Shown here: in pieces, positions 1 through 9,912 of the stretch
Layout of the letters: the number at the start of each line of letters is the position of its first letter
Position numbering within the stretch: the first letter of the stretch is position 1
DNA from: Candidatus Omnitrophota bacterium
GTDB taxonomy: Bacteria; Omnitrophota; Gorgyraeia; 2-01-FULL-45-10
Assembly: GCA_041648975.1 (NCBI GenBank)
Contig: JBAZNZ010000009.1
Span: 1,033 to 65,032, forward strand
DNA: 64,000 nucleotides
Direction: 5' to 3'
The notes under the pieces: generated by a model
Seen by the model: only the letters and a program-made list of their open reading frames with translations
Databases searched by the model: none
What the model was told of the DNA's origin: nothing
Program-made: the position numbers and the translations under genes

Positions 1-1
1 C

Positions 2-208
2 GACAAGGGGCTTACCCGCAACGAGGCCTACGATAAGATACAGAAGGCGGCGTTCCTCGCGAAGCAGGAGAAACTCGATTTTAAGGAAGCGCTATTGAAG
101 AACGACGGGATGAGGTCGATATTGAGCGCGAAGGAGATAGAGGACGTGTTCGATTTCAAATATCATCTGAAGAATGTAGACAGGATATTCGGGCGGGTCG
201 GGATTTGA
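2..208 (+). CDS. purB: adenylosuccinate lyase, C-terminal fragment (5' end lies outside the window)
   Basis: Frame is open from the window edge to TGA at 206-208. The C-terminus ...FDFKYHLKNVDRIFGRVGI resembles PurB C-termini, and the gene lies immediately upstream of purC/purM/purD/purE. Confidence 0.5.
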   Translation, partial: DKGLTRNEAYDKIQKAAFLAKQEKLDFKEALLKNDGMRSILSAKEIEDVFDFKYHLKNVDRIFGRVGI

Positions 209-211
209 AGA

Positions 212-294
212 AGTAACCAGAAACCAGTTACCAGAATGGTCAGACTGTCGATTTTTTCTTTTTCTGGTTACTTTCTTTCTGGTTACTGGTAACT
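212..294. repeat. word-built AT-rich inverted repeat (GGTTACTGG/CCAGTAACC words)
   Basis: AGTAACCAGAAACCAGTTACCAG ... CTGGTTACTTTCTTTCTGGTTACTGGTAACT; lies downstream of purB'. Confidence 0.6.
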
Positions 295-314
295 ATTGAA
301 TAAATGGAGAATCC

Positions 315-1019
315 ATGCAGAAACTGAAACAGATCTACGAAGGCAAGGCGAAAAAGCTATATGAAACCGAGGACGCGGACCTGTTGATCCAGGAATTCAA
401 AGACGACGCGACGGCGTTCGACGCGACCAAGAGAGGCACCATCCTGAACAAAGGGGTGATAAACAATAAACTCTCCGAGAAGATATTCACGATGCTGGAG
501 AAGAAGGGCGTGCCCACCCATCTCGTGAAGCGCCTTAACGACAGGGACATGCTCATAAAGAAAGTGAAGATCGTCCCGATCGAGGTGACGATACGCAACA
601 TCGTCGCCGGCGGAATGGCAAAGCTCCTGGGGCTGGAAGAGGGGATCGTCCTGAAAGAGCCGGTCCTGGAGTACCATTATAAAGAGGACAAACTGCACGA
701 CCCGCTCATAAACGATTACCACATAAAAGCGCTCGATATCGCCACGGCAAAAGAGCTGGATGATATTAGTAAATATTCGTTCAAGATAAACGACGTGCTG
801 AAGGATTTCTTCGACTCGAAAGGCCTCATCCTGGTCGATTTCAAGCTGGAGTTCGGCAGATTTAAGAATAAGATTATCCTTGCCGACGAGATATCGCCCG
901 ATACCTGCAGGCTCTGGGACAAGACGACGAAAGAGAAGCTCGATAAGGACCGTTTCCGCAGGGACCTCGGCAACGTGGAAGAGGCTTATCAGGAAGTGCT
1001 GCGAAGAGTGATGGAGTAG
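315..1019 (+). CDS. purC: phosphoribosylaminoimidazole-succinocarboxamide synthase (SAICAR synthetase)
   Basis: 234-aa ORF with N-terminal MQKLKQIYEGKAKKLYETED typical of PurC; GGAG ribosome-binding site upstream; purine-cluster context. Confidence 0.9.
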   Translation: MQKLKQIYEGKAKKLYETEDADLLIQEFKDDATAFDATKRGTILNKGVINNKLSEKIFTMLEKKGVPTHLVKRLNDRDMLIKKVKIVPIEVTIRNIVAGGMAKLLGLEEGIVLKEPVLEYHYKEDKLHDPLINDYHIKALDIATAKELDDISKYSFKINDVLKDFFDSKGLILVDFKLEFGRFKNKIILADEISPDTCRLWDKTTKEKLDKDRFRRDLGNVEEAYQEVLRRVME

Positions 1020-1330
1020 ATGGAAAATTTTTCGCTTAATCCTTGCGCCAATGGCCGAACCGGCCAGTGGGCTTCGCCTAATTTCCCCGCCCGGAGCATA
1101 ACAGGGGGCGGGGTCCCGCCAAAGTGAAACGACGGCGGGATGATATCAAGGGTATTTAGGTATTATCTAGGTTATATCGGTTAGCTTTATTCTTATGGTA
1201 ACTATGGCGCTAAAGCGCTTTGGGTATTAGCTAGACGTTATCAAAATTTACGGCTCAACCCACATGGCCGATTTGCCATCGTCGCCACAATAAAGCGAAA
1301 AGATTTTACTTGAGAAACAGGTTAAAAGAT

Positions 1331-2329
1331 ATGAAACATGTTACTTACAAATCAGCCGGTGTCGATATAAATAAAGCGAACGCGCTCGTGAGGGACTATA
1401 AGCGTTTCGCGAGCGCGACGAAGATAAAAGGCGTAGTGAGCGACGTGGGGAGTTTCGGCGCGCTCTTCAGGCCTGACTTTAAATCGTTCAAGGACCCCGT
1501 ATTAGTCTCCTCCACAGACGGCGTCGGCACAAAACTTAAAGTTGCGTTCCTGGCGGACAAACACGATACGATCGGGATAGACCTGGTCGCTATGAGCGCG
1601 AACGATATATTGTGCTCGGGCGCCGAGGGATTATTTTTCCTCGATTACATAGCTACGGGCAAAGTCAAGCCGCGCGTCCTGAGGGATGTAGTTAAAGGGA
1701 TAGCCGAGGGCTGCCGCGAAGCGGGTTTCGCTCTCGTCGGCGGAGAGACGGCGGAGATGCCGGGCATATACAAAGAGGGCGAGTACGATCTGGCGGGATT
1801 CGGCGTCGGCATAGTCGACAGGCAGTCCGTAATAAACGGAAAAGAGATAAAACCCGGCGACATCGTGCTCGGCCTGGAGTCTAGCGGTATCCATTCGAAC
1901 GGATATTCCCTGGTCCGCAAGGTCTTCAGTGGGGCGGAACTTAAAGCCCACGCGGATGAGTTTTTAAAACCCACCCGTCTTTACGCGAGGCCTGTTCTGG
2001 CATTAAAAAAGAAGATTAAGATTAAAGGCATCGCCCACATAACGGGCGGGGCCTTTTACGATAAGATACCCCGCATAATCCCCAAAGGCATGTCGATCGA
2101 GATAGATAAATATTCATGGCGAGCGCCTCTTATATTTTCCATAATGAAGAAGAAGGGCAATATCGATGACCATGAGATGTACAGGACATTCAATATGGGG
2201 ATAGGGATGGTCCTGGTATTGGATAAACGGGATGTCGACAAGGCAATAGATATTCTATCGAAGTCTGGCCTCAAGTCGTATGTAATAGGCAGGGTTATCA
2301 AGGGTAAGAAAGAAGTTATAATAAAATGA
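1331..2329 (+). CDS. purM: phosphoribosylformylglycinamidine cyclo-ligase (AIR synthetase)
   Basis: N-terminal MKHVTYKSAGVDINKANALV matches the PurM N-terminus. The ORF-track start at 1310 is an in-frame extension; the ATG at 1331 is preferred. Confidence 0.85.
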   Translation: MKHVTYKSAGVDINKANALVRDYKRFASATKIKGVVSDVGSFGALFRPDFKSFKDPVLVSSTDGVGTKLKVAFLADKHDTIGIDLVAMSANDILCSGAEGLFFLDYIATGKVKPRVLRDVVKGIAEGCREAGFALVGGETAEMPGIYKEGEYDLAGFGVGIVDRQSVINGKEIKPGDIVLGLESSGIHSNGYSLVRKVFSGAELKAHADEFLKPTRLYARPVLALKKKIKIKGIAHITGGAFYDKIPRIIPKGMSIEIDKYSWRAPLIFSIMKKKGNIDDHEMYRTFNMGIGMVLVLDKRDVDKAIDILSKSGLKSYVIGRVIKGKKEVIIK

Positions 2330-3621
2330 GAGTGTTAGTTGTCGGTTCAGGCGGAAGAGAGCACGCGCTCTGCTGGAAGATAGCCCAGAGCCTCCAATGC
2401 GCAAAACTATACTGCGCTCCCGGTAGCGGCGGCATATCCGAAGTCGCCGAGTGCGTAAATATAAAAGTCGATGACATAGACGCGCTGCTAAAATTCGCAA
2501 AAGATAAACATATCGACCTTACGGTTGTAGGCCCCGAAGCGCCGCTCGTCAAGGGCATAGTAGACGCGTTCAAAAAGGAAGGGCTTAAGATATTCGGCCC
2601 CTCGAAAGACCTGGCGGCCCTGGAAGGCTCTAAGGTATTCGCGAAAGAGCTGATGAAGAAACTGGGCGTGCCGACTGCGGATTTCAGGGTATTCAGTAAA
2701 TTCGACGAGGCCTTAAAGTACGTGACGGAGGTGAAAGAGCCGCCTGTAGTGATCAAGGCGGACGGACTGGCCGCAGGCAAAGGCGTCATGGTCTGCGGGA
2801 CGATCGAGGAAGCAAGGTTCGCGCTAAAGAGCATAATGGTCGACAGGGCCTTCGGCGCGTCGGGCGACAGGGTGATCGTCGAAGATTGCCTTGTCGGCGA
2901 AGAGGCTTCGATAATAGTCATCTCCGACGGGAAAAATATTGTGCCGCTCGCTTCGAGCCAGGACCATAAGAGGGTGTTCAACAGCGACAGGGGAGCCAAT
3001 ACCGGAGGGATGGGCGCTTATTCTCCCGCGCCGGTGGTCACCGGTGAACTTTTTAAGAAGATACTCGACACAGTGATACATCCCGTAATAAACGGCCTTT
3101 CCAGAGAAGGGAAGCCGTATGTCGGGGCGCTCTACGCCGGCATCATGCTGACGAAGAGCGGACCGTATGTCCTGGAGTTCAACGCGCGTTTCGGCGATCC
3201 TGAAACGCAGGCGATCATGCCCAGGTTGAAGTCCGACCTGCTTGACGCGCTGGACAAAGCCGTTACAGGCTCTCTCGGCGGCTATAAGATGGAATGGGAC
3301 CCGAGACCCTGCGTCTCCGTAGTGATGGCGTCGGGCGGCTATCCCGGGAATTATGATAAAGGCGTAGAGATACGCGGGCTGAACGACGCCAGGAAGCTTA
3401 AAGATGTGGCCGTCTTCCATGCAGGCACGAAGATGGGAAGCCGCTCTACCGACGGCAAGAACCTCTTCATCACGAACGGCGGGAGGGTTCTGAACGTAAC
3501 AGCGCTGGGCAAGGATATGTCAGGCGCTATAGAGACCGTATATAACGCCGTAAGGAAGATCAATTTTGATAAGATGCATTTCAGGACGGACATAGGGCAT
3601 CGGGCGCTTAATAAAGCATAA
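2326..3621 (+). CDS. purD: phosphoribosylamine-glycine ligase
   Basis: 431-aa ORF with ATP-grasp motifs and [15 protein letters not shown] start; ATGA overlap with the purM stop codon. Confidence 0.9.
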   Translation: MRVLVVGSGGREHALCWKIAQSLQCAKLYCAPGSGGISEVAECVNIKVDDIDALLKFAKDKHIDLTVVGPEAPLVKGIVDAFKKEGLKIFGPSKDLAALEGSKVFAKELMKKLGVPTADFRVFSKFDEALKYVTEVKEPPVVIKADGLAAGKGVMVCGTIEEARFALKSIMVDRAFGASGDRVIVEDCLVGEEASIIVISDGKNIVPLASSQDHKRVFNSDRGANTGGMGAYSPAPVVTGELFKKILDTVIHPVINGLSREGKPYVGALYAGIMLTKSGPYVLEFNARFGDPETQAIMPRLKSDLLDALDKAVTGSLGGYKMEWDPRPCVSVVMASGGYPGNYDKGVEIRGLNDARKLKDVAVFHAGTKMGSRSTDGKNLFITNGGRVLNVTALGKDMSGAIETVYNAVRKINFDKMHFRTDIGHRALNKA

Positions 3622-3640
3622 AAGCAAAAAAGGAAACGAT

Positions 3641-4132
3641 ATGTCCAACAAGACTAAAGTAGCGATCATAATGGGAAGCGACTCGGATTTACCGGTGATG
3701 ACCGAAGCGGCGAAGATACTGGAAGAGAATAAGGCCGGTTTTGAGCTGAAGATACTCTCGGCTCACCGTTCGCCGGACGACGCCGCGAAATTCGCGAAGT
3801 CAGCGCGTAAACGCGGCATCAAAGTCATAATAGCGGGCGCCGGCGGGGCCGCGCACCTGGCGGGCGTCGTCGCCAGCCACACTACGCTGCCGGTCATAGG
3901 CGTTCCGATGGAGACGAGGGAGCTTAAAGGCATAGATTCGCTTCTCTCGACTGTGCAGATGCCGTCCGGCATCCCTGTCGCTACAGTCACTATAGGAAAG
4001 ACGGGAGCGAAGAACGCCGCGATACTCGCTCTGCAGATATTGAGCCTGTCCGACAAGGGCGCGGAGAAGAGGCTCGATGCGCTGAAAAAGCGGCTGGTCG
4101 AAGATATAAGGAATAAGAATAAAAAACTTTAA
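3641..4132 (+). CDS. purE: N5-carboxyaminoimidazole ribonucleotide mutase (PurE)
   Basis: 163-aa ORF with [15 protein letters not shown] and AGGAAHLAG PurE signatures. Confidence 0.9.
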   Translation: MSNKTKVAIIMGSDSDLPVMTEAAKILEENKAGFELKILSAHRSPDDAAKFAKSARKRGIKVIIAGAGGAAHLAGVVASHTTLPVIGVPMETRELKGIDSLLSTVQMPSGIPVATVTIGKTGAKNAAILALQILSLSDKGAEKRLDALKKRLVEDIRNKNKKL

Positions 4133-4139
4133 GACGGTA

Positions 4140-4736
4140 GTGCTTAAGATCGATCCGGTCCATCCGGATAAGAAGGCGATAGCCGCCGCCGCAAAGGTGA
4201 TACGGTCAGGCGGCCTGGTCGCGTTCCCTACGGAGACAGTTTACGGCCTGGCGGCAAGTCTCCTGGATGAAAAAGCGCTCGATCGGCTTTACAGAGTAAA
4301 GAAGCGTCCGCGCGGCAAGCCGTTCACGGTCCACATTTCGGATCCGGCTTGCGTCAGGGACGCCGGTTACAAGATAACGAAAGAGGCGCGGCGCCTCATT
4401 AAGGAATTCTGGCCCGGCCCTCTTACTATAATATTGCGATCGCGCCGGGGTAAAAAAATCGGCTTCAGGATGCCGGACCATCGGGTGGCGCTCGAGCTGA
4501 TAAAAAAGTCCGGTGTGCCGGTCGTTGCGCCCAGCGCCAATATAAGCGGCAGACGCGCCCCTGTCAACGCGGAAGATGTCTTGCGCTCTCTCGGCGGCAA
4601 GATCGATATGGTACTCGACGCAGGTCCTGCCGATATAGGGATAGAATCGACAGTGATAGATATGACAGTGACGCCTCCTACGATATTGCGCGAAGGAGCG
4701 ATAAAAAAAGAAGATATTTTGAAAGCGGTATCATGA
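4140..4736 (+). CDS. tsaC: L-threonylcarbamoyladenylate synthase (YrdC/YwlC/Sua5 family, short form)
   Basis: 198-aa ORF with AFPTETVYGLAA and APSANISG motifs; GTG start. Confidence 0.8.
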   Translation: MLKIDPVHPDKKAIAAAAKVIRSGGLVAFPTETVYGLAASLLDEKALDRLYRVKKRPRGKPFTVHISDPACVRDAGYKITKEARRLIKEFWPGPLTIILRSRRGKKIGFRMPDHRVALELIKKSGVPVVAPSANISGRRAPVNAEDVLRSLGGKIDMVLDAGPADIGIESTVIDMTVTPPTILREGAIKKEDILKAVS

Positions 4737-5209
4737 GCAATATTAAATCGGTCCTCTTCGTCTGCACCGGAAACTCATGCAGGTCCGTAATGGCGGAAGG
4801 GCTCCTGAAAAAACGTTTAAAGGAACTTGGGAAAACCGGGATAGAGGTGAAGTCCGCCGGCGTAAGGGCGATCGCCGGATTCCCTCCGACCGACGAAACG
4901 ATCAGCGTCATGAAGGAATCGGGCGCGGATGTATCCGGCCACAAGTCGAAGAACCTGACAGACGAGATGATAAAGGCCTCCGACATTATACTGGTCATGG
5001 AACCGCTGCATAAATTCGATGTGATAAGACGCGTACCGGATGCTGCGTCCAAGACCTATATCCTGCAGGAATTCGCCGATAAAGGTAAGTCCGGCAAGCA
5101 TGAAAAAGAGTCCGGCGTGCCCGATCCGATAGGCAATACGATAGACTATTATAAAAAGTGCCTGGACGTGATCAATAAAGAGATAAACAAAATTGCGGAG
5201 ATGTTATGA
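4733..5209 (+). CDS. low-molecular-weight protein-tyrosine phosphatase
   Basis: VLFVCTGNSCRS P-loop (CX5R motif) and a downstream DP motif; 158 aa. Confidence 0.8.
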   Translation: MSNIKSVLFVCTGNSCRSVMAEGLLKKRLKELGKTGIEVKSAGVRAIAGFPPTDETISVMKESGADVSGHKSKNLTDEMIKASDIILVMEPLHKFDVIRRVPDAASKTYILQEFADKGKSGKHEKESGVPDPIGNTIDYYKKCLDVINKEINKIAEML

Positions 5210-5679
5210 TGAAAAAGATAGCGATAGGAAGCGACCACGGCGGTTATGAATTAAAACAGAAGATATCGGATTTCCTGAAGGAGGAAGGGTACGGCGTGGA
5301 AGATATTGGGACCCACTCCAAGGAATCCTGCGATTATCCGATGATAGGGTTTGAGGTGGCGAAAGCCGTCGGGGACGGCAAGGCGGGCCGCGGCATCCTC
5401 ATATGCAAGACGGGCGTCGGCATGGTGATAATAGCGAACAAGGTCCACGGCGTGCGGGCCGCGGCGTGTTACGATACGGATATAGCTAAATCATCGAGAG
5501 AGCACAACGACTGCAACATCATAGTCCTCGCCGCCAGTTACACCGATTTTAAAAAGGCGAAAGAGATACTGAAGATATGGCTTAAGACCGATCACGCGGG
5601 GGACCGCCACGCCAGGCGGGTCAAGCAGATCAGGGAGATCGAATCAACCCTTCGGCTGCGCCGGCCTAAAATTCGGTGA
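5206..5679 (+). CDS. rpiB: ribose-5-phosphate isomerase B
   Basis: KIAIGSDHGGYELK N-terminus and RpiB/LacAB fold signatures; 157 aa. Confidence 0.85.
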   Translation: MMKKIAIGSDHGGYELKQKISDFLKEEGYGVEDIGTHSKESCDYPMIGFEVAKAVGDGKAGRGILICKTGVGMVIIANKVHGVRAAACYDTDIAKSSREHNDCNIIVLAASYTDFKKAKEILKIWLKTDHAGDRHARRVKQIREIESTLRLRRPKIR

Positions 5680-5781
5680 TTCGCTCAGGGTTGATGCTGA
5701 GCGTCCCTCGGCTTCGCTCGGGGCTAGCCCTGAGTTTGTCGAAGGACGAAGTTGAAGCATCAAAAATAAAGGAACGCTGAA

Positions 5782-7044
5782 ATGGGTAATTTAAAGAAGT
5801 CCGATAAAGAGATATACGACGCGATACTGGAGGAAGCCAGGCGCGAGGCGGGCAACCTCGAGCTCATCGCGAGCGAGAATTTTGTAAGCGAGGAGGTGCT
5901 GGAGGCGCAAGGTTCGGTCCTCACCAATAAATACGCCGAGGGTTATCCGCGCGCGAGATGGTACAACGGATGCGTTAACGCGGACACGGTCGAAGACCTG
6001 GCGATAGCGAGGGCGAAGTCGCTCTTCGGCGCGGAGCATGTCAATGTCCAGCCGCACGCCGGCACGCCGGCCAACATGGTTGTCTATTTCGCTGCGCTTA
6101 ATGTAGGCGATACCGTGCTTGCCATGGATCTGGCCTGCGGCGGGCACCTTTCGCACGGCAACCCGCACAATTTCTCAGGCAAGCTCTACAATATCGTGCC
6201 GTACGGCGTCGATAAGAAGACCGAGATGCTCGATTACGACCGGATCGCGGAACTGGCCAAAGAGCACAAGCCGAAGATGATAGTCGCGGGCGCGTCGGCT
6301 TACGCCAGGGAGATAGATTTCAAGAAGTTCAGGGCAATAGCCGATTCCGTCGGCGCGCTCCTCTTCGTCGACATCGCCCACATAGCCGGGCTCGTCGCCG
6401 GAGGCGTCCACCAGAGCCCGGTCCCGTACGCGGAGTTCGTCACCTCCACGACGCACAAGACACTGCGCGGCCCAAGAGGCGCTTTTATAATGTGCAAAGA
6501 GAAGTTCGCCAGGGCCATAGATATCGGGGTCTTCCCCGGCGCGCAGGGCGGGCCGCTCATGCATATAATAGCCGCCAAGGCCGTATGTTTTAAAGAGGCG
6601 ATGCGGCCGGAATTCAAGGTCTATCAAAAACAGATCGTCGCCAATGCCAGGGTTTTCGCCGGCGAGATGGCGAAGCTCGGATACAGGATATGCACAGGCG
6701 GTACCGATACACACCTCTTCCTGGTCGATCTTACGGATAAGGATATGACCGGTAAGGACGCCGCCGGCGCGCTGGATCGCGCGCGCATCACCGTAAATAA
6801 GAACCTCATACCGTACGATCCTAAACCTGCGGCAGTGGCGAGCGGGATCAGGATAGGCACGCCCGCCGTTACGGCGCGCGGCATGAAAGAGGACGAGATG
6901 AGGCAGATAGCGCGCCTTATAGATACCGTCCTGAAGGCTCCGGAAGACGGGAAGAAACTGCAGGGCGTCAGGGATGAAGTGGCCTCGCTCGTAAAAAGAT
7001 TCCCGCTCTATAGTGATCTCATAAAAAAACTGGAGAAGGAATGA
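5782..7044 (+). CDS. glyA: serine hydroxymethyltransferase
   Basis: 420-aa ORF with LELIASENF and the [14 protein letters not shown]-lysine motif. Confidence 0.95.
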   Translation: MGNLKKSDKEIYDAILEEARREAGNLELIASENFVSEEVLEAQGSVLTNKYAEGYPRARWYNGCVNADTVEDLAIARAKSLFGAEHVNVQPHAGTPANMVVYFAALNVGDTVLAMDLACGGHLSHGNPHNFSGKLYNIVPYGVDKKTEMLDYDRIAELAKEHKPKMIVAGASAYAREIDFKKFRAIADSVGALLFVDIAHIAGLVAGGVHQSPVPYAEFVTSTTHKTLRGPRGAFIMCKEKFARAIDIGVFPGAQGGPLMHIIAAKAVCFKEAMRPEFKVYQKQIVANARVFAGEMAKLGYRICTGGTDTHLFLVDLTDKDMTGKDAAGALDRARITVNKNLIPYDPKPAAVASGIRIGTPAVTARGMKEDEMRQIARLIDTVLKAPEDGKKLQGVRDEVASLVKRFPLYSDLIKKLEKE

Positions 7045-7047
7045 CCT

Positions 7048-7878
7048 ATGGCTAAAAATTTACGGCCTTCCTGGGATGAATATTTTCTGAGCATCGCGGA
7101 GCTTGTATCAAAACGATCGACGTGCCTGCGCCGCAGGGTAGGCGCGGTCCTCGTCAAGGACAAGAGGATACTCGCGACCGGCTATAACGGTGCGCCAAGT
7201 TCGATAGAGCATTGCGATAAGACTGGATGTATCAGGGAGAAACTGAAGGTACCGTCGGGCGAGCGCCACGAACTGTGCCGCGGGCTCCACGCGGAGCAAA
7301 ACGCGTTTCTGCAGGCGGCCCTGCACGGGACGAGCCTGAAGGATTCGACCCTTTATTGCACCACCCAGCCGTGCGTGATATGCGCGAAGATGATAATAAA
7401 CGCCGGCATAAAAGAGATAGCCATAAAAGGCGATTACCCCGATAAGATGTCTAAACGCCTTTTACGCGAAGCGAAGATAAAGGTCAGGATGCTGGGGGCC
7501 GCGTTAGTTTTCCTGGCGTTCTGCCAATCGACCTCAGCGGACGGCCTGGACGCGCTTATAGCGGTCGGGAAAAGCCAGGGGGAGATAGCCAGGTCCCATG
7601 CCCAGGAGACCAGGAACTACGAAAGCGTTAAGGCCGCGATAGAACGCGGCGCCCTGAAAAAAGGCATGCCTAAAGACAGCATACGCAAGCTTTACGGGGA
7701 TCCGGTAATAGAATTTAATGACGCGAACGCCGGGAAGGAGAAATGGGTATATAAGGACGCTGCCGGCACTTTTTTTGACGGAATGAAGATCTACCTGATA
7801 TTCGACGCCGCAGGGAACCTGGAAGATACCCAAATCGTGGAAAAAAAAGAAAGACGAAAAGAAGTGACCTCGATATGA
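7048..7878 (+). CDS. dCMP deaminase (ComEB-like) reading in frame into a BamE/SmpA-OmlA-like lipoprotein module
   Basis: Residues 1-~148 form a complete cytidine/deoxycytidylate deaminase ([18 protein letters not shown] zinc-ligand motifs). The frame continues with no stop into [12 protein letters not shown] (signal peptide and lipobox) followed by a BamE-like domain, with an internal ATG at 7489. Confidence 0.7.
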   Translation: MAKNLRPSWDEYFLSIAELVSKRSTCLRRRVGAVLVKDKRILATGYNGAPSSIEHCDKTGCIREKLKVPSGERHELCRGLHAEQNAFLQAALHGTSLKDSTLYCTTQPCVICAKMIINAGIKEIAIKGDYPDKMSKRLLREAKIKVRMLGAALVFLAFCQSTSADGLDALIAVGKSQGEIARSHAQETRNYESVKAAIERGALKKGMPKDSIRKLYGDPVIEFNDANAGKEKWVYKDAAGTFFDGMKIYLIFDAAGNLEDTQIVEKKERRKEVTSI

Positions 7879-8024
7879 AGAGGCTTGCCCTCCTCTTAAT
7901 TGCTTGCGCGCTCCTGGCAGGATGCTCCGGTATCCCGCTGAATGAAGGCGGACTTGAGTTAAATAAAAATACCACCGCCACCCTGGATGGAGACGCTGTA
8001 GCCAGAGTCACGAACCATTTTTGA
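7875..8024 (+). CDS. small putative lipoprotein (49 aa)
   Basis: ATGA overlap with the upstream stop codon; [19 protein letters not shown] signal peptide with LAGC lipobox; below the ORF-track size cutoff. Confidence 0.35.
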   Translation: MKRLALLLIACALLAGCSGIPLNEGGLELNKNTTATLDGDAVARVTNHF

Positions 8025-8038
8025 GAAAGGAAGAACGG

Positions 8039-8581
<543 letters not shown>

Positions 8582-8592
8582 ACGAGGGGCAT

Positions 8593-9042
8593 ATGCGTTG
8601 CCCGTACTGCGGGAGCAGGAGAGACTGCGTTATCGATTCGCGCACCGCGAAGGACGGCTTGAATGTCCGTCGCCGCAGGCATTGCCTTAAGTGCAAAAGG
8701 CGGTTCACGACGTATGAACACGTCGAGCATATCCCGCTCATGGTAATAAAGAAAGACGGCCGCCGCGAGCCTTTTTCCAGGGAAAAGCTGATGAACGGCA
8801 TCATCGTCGCCTGCGAAAAGAGGCCCGTAAGCATTAAACGCATAGAAAAGCTTGTGGATGAGATCGAGCGCGACCTGGAGAAGAACCACGACAGAGAAGC
8901 CGGATCTAAAGAGGTCGGCGAGCTTGTCATGAAGGCGCTGCGAACGCTGGATGAGATAGCCTATGTGAGGTTCGCCTCCGTGTACAGGCAGTTCAGGGAT
9001 GCGGGCCAGTTCGTCAAGGAGCTGAAGAAATTTTTGAGGTGA
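8593..9042 (+). CDS. nrdR: transcriptional repressor NrdR
   Basis: MRCPYCGSRRDCVIDSR zinc ribbon followed by an ATP-cone domain; 149 aa. Confidence 0.9.
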   Translation: MRCPYCGSRRDCVIDSRTAKDGLNVRRRRHCLKCKRRFTTYEHVEHIPLMVIKKDGRREPFSREKLMNGIIVACEKRPVSIKRIEKLVDEIERDLEKNHDREAGSKEVGELVMKALRTLDEIAYVRFASVYRQFRDAGQFVKELKKFLR

Positions 9043-9054
9043 GAGGCGGACACT

Positions 9055-9906
9055 ATGCGCGAAGCCCTTTATTACGAAAAGCTCGATGCGCGGCGCGTCC
9101 ACTGCCACCTGTGCCCCAATGAGTGTGCGATCCCGCCGGGTGGGAGAGGGGCATGCGGCGTCAGGATGAACAAGTCAGGCGCGCTGTATACCGAAGTATA
9201 CGGGAAGACGACGGGCGTCGCCCTCGACCCGATAGAAAAGAAACCGCTGTACCGCTACCATCCCGGCGAACATATACTATCGCTGGGCACAAAAGGCTGC
9301 AATCTCCACTGCGATTTCTGCCAGAACTGGCACATATCGCAGGAGGTCGACAGCCCCACGCAGAATATCACATCCGAAGAAGTGATCGCGAAGGCTAAGG
9401 CCCTCGGCTCGTTCGGCATAGCCTATACCTATAATGAGCCGTTCATATGGTATGAATTTGTCCTCGACACCGCGCGCCTGGCGAAGAAGGACGGATTAAA
9501 GAACGTGCTTGTGACGAACGGGTATGTCAATATGGGGCCTCTCGAGGGCATGCTTCCGGTCATAGACGCGATGAACATAGACCTGAAGTCGATCGACGAG
9601 AAGTTCTATTCTAAGATATGCAGGGGGAGCCTCAAGCCGGTCCTGGATGTAATAAAGGCCTCGGCTAAACGTTGCCATGTAGAACTTACCAACCTTCTGA
9701 TACCTACCCTTAACGATTCCGAAGCGGATGTCGCGAAGATGGTCGACTGGATATATACAAACCTGGGGAGCGATGTGCCCCTTCACCTGTCCCGTTATTT
9801 CCCGTGCTACAGGATGAACCTGCCGCCGACGTCTTTAACGTCACTGAGCAGGGCGGAATCGATAGCGAAGAAGAAATTGAAGTATGTGTATGTGGGGAAC
9901 GTCTGA
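9055..9906 (+). CDS. AmmeMemoRadiSam-system-type radical SAM enzyme
   Basis: CNLHCDFCQNW radical-SAM CX3CX2C motif plus an N-terminal Cys cluster; 283 aa. Confidence 0.75.
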   Translation: MREALYYEKLDARRVHCHLCPNECAIPPGGRGACGVRMNKSGALYTEVYGKTTGVALDPIEKKPLYRYHPGEHILSLGTKGCNLHCDFCQNWHISQEVDSPTQNITSEEVIAKAKALGSFGIAYTYNEPFIWYEFVLDTARLAKKDGLKNVLVTNGYVNMGPLEGMLPVIDAMNIDLKSIDEKFYSKICRGSLKPVLDVIKASAKRCHVELTNLLIPTLNDSEADVAKMVDWIYTNLGSDVPLHLSRYFPCYRMNLPPTSLTSLSRAESIAKKKLKYVYVGNV

Positions 9907-9912
9907 CGCTTT

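Noticed and set aside
1310-1330. Upstream in-frame extension of purM (MRNRLKD)
   Set aside because: PurM homologues begin near MKHVTYKSAGVDI. The extension overlaps the repeat-derived spacer.
5680-5781. Assignment of the glyA leader to a specific riboswitch class (ZTP or THF)
   Set aside because: Conserved core nucleotides of those classes could not be recognised by eye. Only generic alternative pairing is visible, so it is reported only as a structured leader.
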